Assembly: GCA_965153455.1 (NCBI GenBank)
Contig: OZ234493.1
Location: 5,952,001 to 6,016,000 of the forward strand
DNA from: Sphagnum compactum
Taxonomy: Eukaryota
DNA: 64,000 bases
Direction: 5' to 3'
In this document: in pieces, positions 52,815 to 64,000 of the stretch
Numbering within the stretch: the first letter of the stretch is position 1
Layout of the letters: each line of letters opens with the position of its first letter
Notes under the pieces: model-generated
What the model was told of the DNA's origin: nothing
Database searches by the model: none
The model's input: the letters and a program-made list of their open reading frames with translations, nothing else
Made by a program: the position numbers and the translations under genes

Positions 52815-52816
52815 AC

Positions 52817-53180
52817 CAGTGTTGTGCGGTTCTTAGGTTTTGCTATCAACCTTCAGTTTGGCTTGTTCCAGTTTTTTTGAAAAGCTTTGGAAAACTTCCA
52901 GTTCCGAGTTCTCAAATTCTTTTCAAAGAACTGGTGGTTATCATGAAAGAACCGACAAAGAACCAGGAGTTTAGGGTAGGTTCTTTGTCCTGGTTCTTTG
53001 ATGTTTTATAGAACCCCAGCTAAGGGACAAAACTGATACTTTGATTTTGAGAACCAGCATCACCTGTCATTGATCATAACTGGTTCTTTCACTTTTGAGA
53101 ATTGCTAGTCAAGGATCCATATACCCAACACTTAGCTGCCAGTTATTTCTTTTCAAAAAGAGAGAACCTCACAAACACTA
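52817..53180. mobile_element. MITE with CAGTGTT-type TIRs
   Basis: CAGTGTTGTGCGGTTCT ... AGAACCTCACAAACACTA; internal GGTTCT/AGAACC subrepeats; TSD not convincing. Confidence 0.65.
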
Positions 53181-54820
53181 GTTGATAGTCAAGCATGTCA
53201 AATAAAGCAAGTTGACAAAGGTTTATACCCACTGTTGGCTGGTTCTTTTCACGGGACGCCAAGCGATTTCACTAGATTTTGACTTTGAGTGAATTCATTA
53301 ATCGTAGTGAACTTGACCTAATGGGGATACAATGAATTCACTTGTTCACTGAACAAGGACTGTTGAACTCCACCCAAATTTTGTAGAGAACCCTTTTAAG
53401 AAAACCTCCTTTCTAATTCCTGGATCCAGTTCTCGAACCAGTTTGCACAAAAGGATGCTCACTTGGGTCTGGGTCACAATAACCTGAACCCTGCATTTAA
53501 CCCTACAAACCAGGGAACCTGCCAACACTGGTTTGTACCCAAGCCTGTAAAATAAAGTTGGCAACGGTGGTTTCGGTACCCAAGCCTGTACTTGCAATGC
53601 CCACAGCTGGACTGAAATGTAAGCCCTAGATTTTCCTTGTCCTGCAGACATGTAACAGAAAGACCCAAAGAATGTCCTTTGCTTTGCAACATTGGCTGGT
53701 TTCACCAAGATATACCATTGTAGAATTGACACACCACACAAGACCGATTTCGTTAGATCTTGTACATCCACCATTCCAACAAGTTGCAACATGTGTAAAG
53801 CATACAAAAACAGGGGCGTGCAGTTCAAACCTCTGAGGACATGAGGTTTGGACTGCACCCACACACCTCATGTTCACATATTGGGTGTGGGTGGATCTGC
53901 TCTAAAGAGTCTACAAAAAGTTATGGCAGGGGAAGAGGTGCCTGAAGGACATCAACAAGTCCAGATGTTGTCTTCAAAGGACCAATCAGTGACAGCTGCA
54001 AAAGCAAACAACAAAGGACTCCAAGAGAAGAAAACAACACAAGTAGTAATAAAAAGCTCCACCCTCTTGTTTTCCCAAGGAAAATATGGCTGCAAAACGG
54101 GCCAAATCTAAATCAAGCACAAGGTTCAAAGCTCAATCCTCTCATTTTGCTATTGACATAAAGCAGAGAATTTGCAATCACATGCAATGAACAATCATAA
54201 CCAAGAAGATGCTCAGAGAGCTTGTTACATACAAAGAAACCACACCAAACAGAAATTGCAATAGGAGATTTCTTTAAGGTCCAATATTTCACATCCCAAA
54301 AGTTTCACCCAAAAAGGATGAAGCAATGACCTTAAATTCTCCAGGTACAACCAACTGCTGGTTGAAGGCCGCAGATGTGTTCCAGATGTGTTCTAAACCA
54401 TTGACAGTTCCTACATGATGATGCCCCAGCTACAATTCTAGGAGAATGAGTCTCCTGCATGTGAAGCAAACCAAGGACGATCCTTGATTCCTCCAGCCAG
54501 TCATTTCCACAACTTTCCAAATGGTAACAATGATCGTGAAACTAACAAGCTCTCCTACTTCAAGCTACTGAGCTAATTCCTCAAACCAAATGCACATTCA
54601 TATACCCACCACAATGAGCATATGACATACCTATTGCTTGTCATACAACAAATGACAGCATTTCAAAAACAGCGATTGCACTGCAGCAATGTACACTCAT
54701 GGATGAGATTGTGATTCGCAGAGTATCACATAAGACCTCCAAGTATAAGTTGTACAGCAGCCAAGGGTGGCGTTACTACACATTTCAGGTCCCACAGACT
54801 GCACAAGCAAATGCCCAGAT

Positions 54821-55456
54821 TCACTTGGGTAATAGTCTGCCATCTGTAGATAGTTGCACAGCAGGTGGTACAGCAGAGGCAGATGGAACAGTCTCTGGGA
54901 CAATCACCGCAGCAGGTACAGTCACCACCGGGCCCATGGGAACAACAGAAGGGGCAGCAGGAGCTGCAAATGCAGGAACTTGGGGTGGGGGAATTGTCTC
55001 ATCTCTCTTGATGTGCCTCACTGTCGGTGCAACATCATTCATCTTGGAAATAGGCAAAGACAAGCCAGGTCCGAAGACAACACCACGAAGAACGGTGTTA
55101 GTATTCCCCACCCTCACACTCAAGAGGTAACCGGCATCAAAAGACCCATCCAGTACACCAGTCACTGGCTGGCCTACAAGAGCCACATCAACAATAGCTG
55201 GAGCTGCTGATTCACCTTTTCTCTTCCTTATCCTTTTGGGCTTGGTGTCAGACTTCTTAGGTGTTGGACCTTGAACAGGTTTTTGAGGTGTTGCACCACT
55301 CGGTACCCCAGGAGTGGCAGACTCACTCTTTCGAGGACGTCCCCGGCCTCGCTTTGGAGGTGGCACTGATTTGGCATCAGCCTCCATCTCAGGATTTGTT
55401 TTTCTAGCTTCTGAAGTACCTGGGGTTCCCGAATCACTTAAATCTTTGGCCACCAT
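54821..55456 (-). CDS. AT-hook protein, METABOLIC NETWORK MODULATOR 1 (MNM1)-like family
   Basis: Single coding exon from ATG 55456; AT-hook KRGRGRPRK; conserved LVGQPVTGVLDGSFDAGYLLSVRVG..VLRGVVF.PG..NDVAP domain; leader acceptor at 55597. Confidence 0.88.
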   Translation of the reverse strand: MVAKDLSDSGTPGTSEARKTNPEMEADAKSVPPPKRGRGRPRKSESATPGVPSGATPQKPVQGPTPKKSDTKPKRIRKRKGESAAPAIVDVALVGQPVTGVLDGSFDAGYLLSVRVGNTNTVLRGVVFGPGLSLPISKMNDVAPTVRHIKRDETIPPPQVPAFAAPAAPSVVPMGPVVTVPAAVIVPETVPSASAVPPAVQLSTDGRLLPK

Positions 55457-56084
55457 CTCATATTGTGATCTCAAGAGGAGTATTAGTGGAAGCAATCTCC
55501 TTCCCCTTTGGACTTGAATTGCAATACCAGAAGTGAAACTGCCCTGTTTTGAACCAGTCCTAGTACCTCCAGCACCTGCTCAATGTCCTGAGCCTCCTGT
55601 CAACAGCACAGAGTTTCAAGTAGTGTCAGATGAATTGTAGTAGGGTTGTACCCATGAAACAAGCAACCAGTGAAGAAGATATAGAACACCTATCAGAAAA
55701 CCAAAAAACACTAAACACAAACATGACACCCCTTAAAACAAGTTCAGCCCTCAAAACAGATTTGGTCACATAATAAAACACACTTTTAGCCATATACATT
55801 TGTCCAATCTGAGAATAACAGTGTTGTGATCCACACCAACTTTGACAAAGAAACTTCAGAAGTATCAAGAACTTCTCCATACATCTGACAAAAGTCAATG
55901 AGAATGCAATTCAGACATGACCCAACAATCAGGTTACATAGATTTCAGGTCTGATAACATATTGGCAAAGAGGGAAAAAAGGGCGACCCAGAGCCCTACA
56001 AGACACTACAAAAAGCTGTGGAGCAGTTTGAAACAACAGTGACAGTCACACACATGTTCAGTGAATTTCAACAGCAACATGTAT

Positions 56085-56140
56085 GGTAATGACCAGCAGC
56101 TACCATAACATCCCTACAGACTTCATCAGCTCCCAGGAGA
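56085..56140 (-). mobile_element. Fragment of the dispersed structured repeat, copy F (AT-hook gene leader intron)
   Basis: The minus strand reads GGGAGCTGATGAAGTCTGTAGGGATGTTATGGTAGCTGCTGGTCATTAC. Confidence 0.5.
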
Positions 56141-57280
56141 GGATAGGGATCCAGACCAGCTTGGATAAAGAGTAGAATGCAATACAGAGGACAAATGCTT
56201 ACCAAATTCTCATGTCCTATTCTCCATCAACTTCCTTAAATCATACCCCTTTTTCCACACATTTCCAGTTCCCACCTACAAGCATCAAATAATAAACTAT
56301 GAGATACACTGATCAGAAGATACACCCACCCATTACTAGAAATTGGGAATGCAAGACTCACACTTCCACAGCACACATCAGAAGACTCATAACAGGGGGG
56401 ATGAAGCAAAGTAACAGGCAACTCCGCTTCATCAAACAGAGGATAAAAGCCATGACCTCTAAAGTAACCCCAAGTAGAGGTGCTTAACACCACTACTAAG
56501 ATCATTGCTATAAGGAAGGTTCTACTGTTATTACAACATAGACAAGCAAGGACACTTGTCTGAAGTGGGCAATCTGAAATGCCTTCTTCAACTGCGCCCA
56601 CACCAAAAACAACACAACATTACTGCTAATGTACAAACTGCAGGTAAATCACAAATGAGCTAAACAAAACAAACATGCACCCCTGAACTCTTGGTTATTC
56701 AAAGCTCATTTGAAAAATACAGCAAACAAAGGAAAAGTGCTAAAAATCAACAAACCAAAGCAACGATATGAAGTCTTTATAATTGTAATGAAAGTTACAA
56801 AGGTCATATCATTGTAACTGCAACATTGACAAAAAAGACAGCAAGCCTCAACAGACAGACAGGTATGCTCAATAACATGCCAAATCTGTTTCATTTTCTG
56901 TATCTTGTTGAAGCCCATCAATCTGCTGGTTTATAAATGTGAATTTGTTCTAGGTATGCATCATCTGATCATAAGCATCACCAGATGACAAAAATGATCT
57001 CTTCCACAGCTGCCGCTGTGAGCATAACACTGACTGATGTGGCTTTCCCACATCACAAGTTTCGCTTCTGAACTCCATGAGCTGAAAAACACAGACAAAT
57101 CATGGAGACTCAAAGATGGTAGCAGCAGTGCAAGTGACTCAATTCCACCAGATGAACACCACACACAACTCAGACAAGACAAGAAGGTAACAATACACAA
57201 GGTTTCAATCTCTGCAAGTGTGCTTTACGTATGTCCATAGAAATAGAAAGGCAGACATATTTGGTCAAATCACATTACTG

Positions 57281-57382
57281 CTCTTGCTAGAATTGCAGAT
57301 AGGTGCCACCCTCTCCTAGGAGCAGGACTCGCTCTTGCTAGGATTGCAGATGGGTGACCCACCCTTTCCTAGGATGAGGACT
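57281..57382. repeat. ~51-bp imperfect tandem duplication
   Basis: CTCTTGCTAG.ATTGCAGAT.GGTG..CACCCT.TCCTAGGA..AGGACT occurs twice. Confidence 0.85.
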
Positions 57383-60055
57383 TTCTCTCAGTATTGGAAG
57401 ACAACTGGGAACCTCTAGCTACAAGGGTGACATCAAGGGCGAACATGGACACAAGGGCACTGTCAAATTTACATTCTGCTTCTGTCTGTCTGTCTGCAGG
57501 ATGGGCAACTCACATCACTTCCTGTTTCAAAACTGCCATGGTGTATGGCTACTTAGGATGCCATTTTCTTGCAAAACATGCGGTGGCTTCAAGAGTGTGG
57601 TTTCACAGTAAGAGACTGATAGAATGCTGAGTCAAACAGCCCAAAAATGAAGCACTTCGCCCCCATCCCACAAAGGCGACAACAGCAGCACGAGGAGAAA
57701 AGCCTGCAGGTGAAGCTGGAGATGTACTTAGTACAGCCAAGTTCACTACAGTAGTAGTGGGTGGAAGAAAAACTTGAGCTGACAAAGGAGAAACTGGGTA
57801 TCTATCTATCTATCTACCTATCTATCTATCTATCTGTGTTGTCCTGCAATGGGTGGTGGGTTTCAACAGGCAGCAGCAGAGCTGCAATCACTTCCATCCA
57901 AACCATAGCTCAGATCTTCAATAGGGGGAACATCACAGCCATTTTCTCCTATTCTGCCTCAGAGCCATATCTCCTCTTATTCTATCTATCACTTGGATTG
58001 CAAACAAAATGAGGGAACCATAAGAAAGTTGCTCTATTACCAATGCAACCAAATTGTGTCAAGCTCACCATGAGCCACTACTGCTGCTGCTGCAAAACAA
58101 AGCCAACCACAGGGAGACACACACAAATGGGCTACCGAAAAAAAAAAGATTTACTGTGAAGCTTAGCTGGTTGGGGATTACTACTTCCAAGTCCCAAACA
58201 GTTTGCTGGTTTCTTAGACAACAAACAACATCAAGGCCACATACATACATGCACGCATGCATACATACATACATACATACATACAAACTCTAAGAAAGAA
58301 GGATTTTATATGAGAGAAAATAAAATTATTCCAACGTTTTTTCCTCACCAACCCAACACTAGGTCAAAACTCACACACCCCATGAAATACTGCTGCAAGC
58401 CTGAAACAAAAGGCAATACTGCTGAGGAGGAGGTGGAGGAGGAGTCATGTAAGGACTGGTGGGTGCTGGAGTAAAACCAAGCAAGCAGACTAAAACAAAC
58501 AAGTCAAAAGGGAAGAAAAAGAAGAAGAAAAACATCCCAGCTCCCACAGCAATGGACAAAAGAAGTATATTAATAATATATCATTCTTGCTTCCAGGAGC
58601 AAAACACTCCAGGCTTCAACCTGGGCAGAAAGTTGTAACAAAAACAACATACAAAAACCATTATGGTTGGTGGTGAGGTTATCATGCTTTGCTTGCTTGC
58701 TTGCTTGGGTCAAACACTCCTTCATATCCCTCAAGGAGCGAAAACACACCCACAGACAAAATGGGTGAATTCATTCTCATCATGCTTGCTTGATTGCATG
58801 CATCAAACTCCCTGAATCCTGAACGAAAAAAACACTCAACATTGACAAAAAGCAAATGGGTATATGTTATTCACGTTGTGATCATGCTTGCACTCAAACT
58901 CACGTCAATCCCCAAAGAGAAACAAAGCAAGCAATCAAGCAAGCAAGAAAGGAGAAACAATCACAGACCAAATAATTAGGGTATCTGTCTGTTATCATGC
59001 TTTGTATCAATCTCCTTCATTCAATCCCGAAAGGGGAAAGGAAGGAAAAAACCAAATGCACCCCCCACTGCTTTCACGGCTGAACAGAAAAACAACAAAA
59101 GAAGGAAGGATGAGTGGGCGGGGGGCGTGGGCGTGGGAGGGGAAGTTGAAGAGACATGTAGGTGAGGTGTGTATGATGAGATGTTGTGAAGCAAACAAAC
59201 TGCAGATGAGATTTTTGAAGAAGACGAAAACACAAAAAAAAAAAGCCTAAGAAGCAACAACAAAACCCAACAAAAGCCCAAAGGAATAAGAACAACTCAA
59301 CAAACAAAACAAGACAATCAAACAACGAATCCAGAGTTTTGTGGTTTTTTCGTTTTTCGGTATGTAAAACGAAGATTGGAGATGACAAGTTTCAAGGAAG
59401 CACCAATTTCAAAAAGTTTGAAAAAACTTACTTACGGAAGAGGGAAGAAGGAAGGAAGGGAGGGAGGGAGGGAGGGAGGCAGGAGATGAGCCCTGACCGT
59501 TGGCCTTCTTCACACCAGTCGAAAGGTCTACAGCCCACCTTCCCACACTGGGCCAGCCAAAAGCCAAGCCAAGCCAAAACCAAACCAAACCAAACCAAAA
59601 CCAGGCGGGCTGCTGCTGCTGCTGCTGCTGCTGATATTGAACCAACCAACAAACCAAATCCTCCTTACTTACTTACTTATTGTTTTGCTCTAACAAACAA
59701 ACCAAACAAACCAAAAACCAACCAACCAACCAACCAACCAACCCCTCTTCCACCCCCCACCCAAAACAAACCAAAAAACCCACCACAAACAAAACAAAAC
59801 AAAAGGGTTTTGTTCAAGGTTCAAACCACAAAAACAACAAAATACCCCTCCCTCTCTCGCCACTTACAAATCCCTACCAAAAAAAAACAAAACAAAATAA
59901 CCCAACCCCACACACTCACTCACTCACGCAACTCCACCCCCCTTTTTGCCTCCTTTGATTTTTAAGTCCAGTCCTAGCCACCCACATAAGGTGTGATTTT
60001 GTGTCAAAAACTCCCCACTTCCTACAATCTCTCTCAAGGAAATACTTAGTTTTTC

Positions 60056-60340
60056 ACCCCCCCCCCGGTCCCCTCCCTTCTCTCCCTTTCTTCCTCTTCT
60101 TGCCTTTCACTATTGGACCGCACATGCATAGAAAACCAACCCGGAGGATAAACGGCCACCCCCCGGGCACTCCTTCCCCGCCCCCCCCCCCCCCTTCGCC
60201 CGCCTGGCCCGCTGGCCCGCTGGCTGGCTGGCGCCCAAAATCCCCGCCCTTTTTACCCTGCGCGCTCCAAGGACCTGACAACGCATGCGCTGACTCCTCA
60301 ATTTCAGAGGGAAACCAACCCACTCCCCCCCCCCCCCCAA
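60056..60340 (-). promoter_or_regulatory. GC-rich putative promoter of the AT-hook gene with G-runs (G-quadruplex potential)
   Basis: Multiple long C-runs on + immediately upstream of the microsatellite-rich leader, bordered by AT-rich intergenic DNA. Confidence 0.4.
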
Positions 60341-63300
60341 ATTAAAAAATAAATAAAGAAGCCTAATCTAATCTAAAATTGATTTTTTCTTGATTTTTTT
60401 TTTCCTTTTAGTTAGGTCACAAACTTTTGTATGTATTTGATGATCTTTTTCTTTGCAATCATGTAAAAAAATTCAATTCATCATTTCAATTTTATAATTT
60501 AAAAAAATTAAAATTTTATTTTAAAAAAAAATTGTTTTGTCAATTGATGATATACACAACAAAAGGGATTTATTTTATTTTTAAAAAAATTTGGGGGTTT
60601 TTATTGGGTTTGAAAACATTGTTGATGTTTTGGTTTAAGTTTGTCTGGTGGGGGGGGGGGGGGGGGGGGAGGGTGGTTTGTATAGGCAATAATAAGTACT
60701 ACACATTAATTTTTTTAAATTTTTTTCCTTGTACATTTTAATTTAATAATGTCAGCTCTCCTGGGCCCCTGGGAATAATAACAACTTCCCTCCCTTTGGA
60801 TGCTTTCAAGCTTGTTGACTCTTTGTTTGTTATTCCTTCCTTTTTGTTTGCCACAAGGGACCGTCCTTCTTCATAACTTTTTGTTATGTGTTTTGTTCAA
60901 ACAAACTTCTTCGAAACATTGCTTGCACATTGATTGACTAGAATGAATCGAACTATATATATTATTAACATAGATGTCCAACCAAGAATTTTTAATGGAA
61001 ATAAATTCAGGCTCTACCCTTTTAACGGGAACTTACACTTGGTTGCATTTTCACAAAATATTTGCATTGGTTGTTCTTTGTTTGTTTCTAGCTAGGTTGT
61101 TTTTACACAAAAAGTTTTTCTTAAAAATGTTTCTGAAGGACAAAAATGGGAAATGGAAAAAAAATATTAAAAATGTAACATGTCTTCAAATTGATGATTT
61201 CAAATTTGGACATGTCCGTGAACAAAACAAACAAATTTATGATAAGTTCCAAAAAAAAAAATCCAAATTAATTTTTATCATCCATCGATGATGAGAATCG
61301 TTACCTACCCAATATAGCATCATCACCTTTTCGAGGTTGGTTTGACACCATACCACACCAAATAATGTATTAAAAATGGTGCTACGCTATGACTTTAGGT
61401 TCAAAAGAAAGCTTGTTAACATTCACTTTTCAACTTCCCAAACCATGAAAAGCATTGGAGTTAGAGTGCATAGAAGCTTGGACACATAGAAATTGGGGTG
61501 CACAAATTACATAGTACATACCATCATGACTTTGGAGGACTCTTATTATTATTATTGTACTTGTGATTGATGTTTTTAACACAAAATAATTTGTAAAAAT
61601 GTCTAGTTGAAAACAAAAATATACATCTTTTGATATGTGGCCAAATTGATGAGAATCAAACTCCCAACTTGTGCAAAAACAATTTATTGTCCCAACCAAC
61701 CATTGGGTTATTATTACAAAAAATACGCATTAAAGGTGCAATTTTGCATAATTATTTCTTAATTGTTGAAAATTTGAGAAATTCAATTTGAAAATGCCTA
61801 ACCTTATTTTTTTTAAATAAATAAACATTCAACAAAGAAGTGTCGCACATCAATAGTATGCATCGTAATGTGAATCTTTTAATATTATTATATTTTCAAA
61901 TGAAACTCTTGGGGGGGAGGGGGAGGAGATCAATGCTTTCAAAACTAGGTTAGCAATAGGCACATGTGCAAAAAAGAAAGAGAGAGAGAGGCACCAATCA
62001 TACTTGCATATCCCATTGAAACAAACATTAGAAATAAGGTTCCAAGTGTGAAATTATATATGTGCATAGTTGATGGGTTTTGTGTGTAAGATATTTCAAT
62101 TATAACATTGCATGTTAAATTTGCATGTGGTATTGTGTTATGCTTTATGCATAGATATTGTTTTTTACCTCAATCTAGAGTTAATCGTGAGGCATACGAA
62201 ACACATACAACAACTCAATGTTGTTATAATGTCCCAAATGTTCAAAAAAAAATTCCAATCAATAGAACAAAATTTGAGTTCAGCAATCAATTGTTGAACT
62301 AGTTTGAAGCCATTTAATTTTGGTGAAGGAGGAGGAATTTGTTAATGCAGATAGCACTACAGTAAATAAATTAATTAAAAATTTGATCGATCTCAAGATA
62401 TAGAAGAAGCAAAGACATTGCTATATACTTTTGTATATCCCAAAACTGAAAATTTTCCAACATGCATGTCTTGCAAACTTTTGAATTTATTTTGGGGCAC
62501 ACAACCAAAAAATCAAAGTAGGTGCTTGATAAATTGTGTGTGAAGACATTGATAAGTTGAGTTCATGAATACCTACCTTTTCACTTGCACGAGTATTTGA
62601 TAGAATAGGTTTTTTTTTACACATGTAGACGTTTTATAACTTTGTAAAATTTGTGAAAGATATTCATTTGAATGAACTAGCTCTTTCTCACAAAACCATC
62701 CTCGTCGATTTAAGCGGCCCCTGATACGTACAACCTTTTCAAGGTCAACTCATAGTACAATTGGTCAGATTGCGCAAATTTGATGGTTAAATGTCTTCAC
62801 ATATGCATCGTGTAGGAAAATCAGCCAGCCAGAAGTGGATCAGTCATAATAAGTGTTACCCACCTGCCCCCTTCCTCCGAACCCATGAATGGATGATGTT
62901 TTCATTCAGCTAGTTGGATCCGAAATCTCGCCCCTTATTTTCATCCAAACCCCTCCTAAGTTGACATGTACTTCCCAATCTCCTCTGTCAACATGTCATT
63001 TTGCAACTTATGATCGCACTCCACATGGCCCAAAAAGAGCTTTTGAAAAGATTGAAGTCATTTTGGAACTAGCACACACTTCTAGGGGCTAAACAATTGT
63101 TGGAGATTCTAAGGACATACATACAACAAATGTAAATCCAAGACATTGCAAAGAGCACTTGCCCTCTTCACACACAGAAAAAGACTCTTTATGGATGAAA
63201 AGTAGATTACATCTATGCTCAAGAAGGTCATTAGGGTTATGAGAAATAATGCTCATCTCAACGACTAATCAAAAGACAACACGTCAACAAGGTGTGCCTT

Positions 63301-64000
63301 CCGATTGATTATGGGACCCATGATTCACAACAAGATAAAAAAAGACATCAACCAAAGTCCACATGATATAAGAAGGCCCTTTGTTATAAATTATAACTTA
63401 TAACCCCTTTTGGACCCAAGAGTTCAAGCCTTACCAACACGACACTCTAGCAATGGACTTAAATGATCTAATGTGTTGTGAAGTGTAGTGCTTTCATAAC
63501 AAGCTGAAATTGTATAGTTTGAATATTTTGTGCATTATTGATTTAACACTAGAGTGTTCTTATCTTATATACGTTTTTCCTTTTATTTTTCCTTCCTGAT
63601 ATTGTGATTAATTTTGTTTTACCAATCATTTTCCATTCTTATAGGTTGGATATGTATGATATAATCTATCATTTTTTTGCATATTTTGAACCCTATCTAG
63701 ATCATGATTAATTAAGTTTCTTAAGGGTTTGTTGATACAATTTGTGGGGCCCAAATCAAGGGTGTGACATCAAAGTTGAACTCTACTACGGCTATCAAAG
63801 TGCTTGGGTGAAAGTTTTATGAAACACATGCATGGATATAATATCACGAACTAGCTCAAGGGAATTGCGGGGGGTATAGTGGTTTTTCTTAGTTTTTTGA
63901 CGCCTCTAGTAAATCATCTAATTTGTGGATTTGTCAATAGAATTTGGAATCTTGCTTCACATCATCTAATTTTCTTAGTGCATGTATTTGTTGTTGAAAT

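Noticed and set aside
59339-60345. Long ORFs (208 aa and 114 aa) on the + strand
   Set aside because: Low-complexity products of microsatellites and C-runs in the leader/promoter region.

Overview
Eukaryotic land-plant genomic DNA. The gene style and repeats look bryophyte-like (possibly Sphagnum), but that is an inference. Six protein genes could be reconstructed from splice signals. (1) A plant-specific uncharacterised protein ending in ...LPSEWTY (+, 4394-7114). (2) A UDP-xylose/nucleotide-sugar transporter (-, 15746-12108). (3) Cytosolic 40S ribosomal protein S12 (+, 17174-18462), divergent from the transporter. (4) A predicted plastid-targeted uncharacterised protein (-, 22836-20826). 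(5) BRE/BRCC45/BABAM2 (+, 42727-49820, 13 exons). (6) An AT-hook MNM1-like protein (-, 55456-54821). A full-length but inactivated Ty3/Gypsy LTR retrotransposon occupies 24268-32388, followed by AT-rich DNA with MITEs and transposase relics. Two observations stand out. (a) The retrotransposon's 5' LTR lacks the terminal TTACA and runs straight into the PBS, while a TTACA-TA-TGTAA palindrome resembling an LTR-LTR circle junction sits between the PPT and the 3' LTR; this suggests integration through a circular intermediate. (b) A ~270-nt dispersed element that can fold into several hairpins and shows compensatory substitutions occurs in five different host genes, always in the sense orientation and often just downstream of a 5' splice site.
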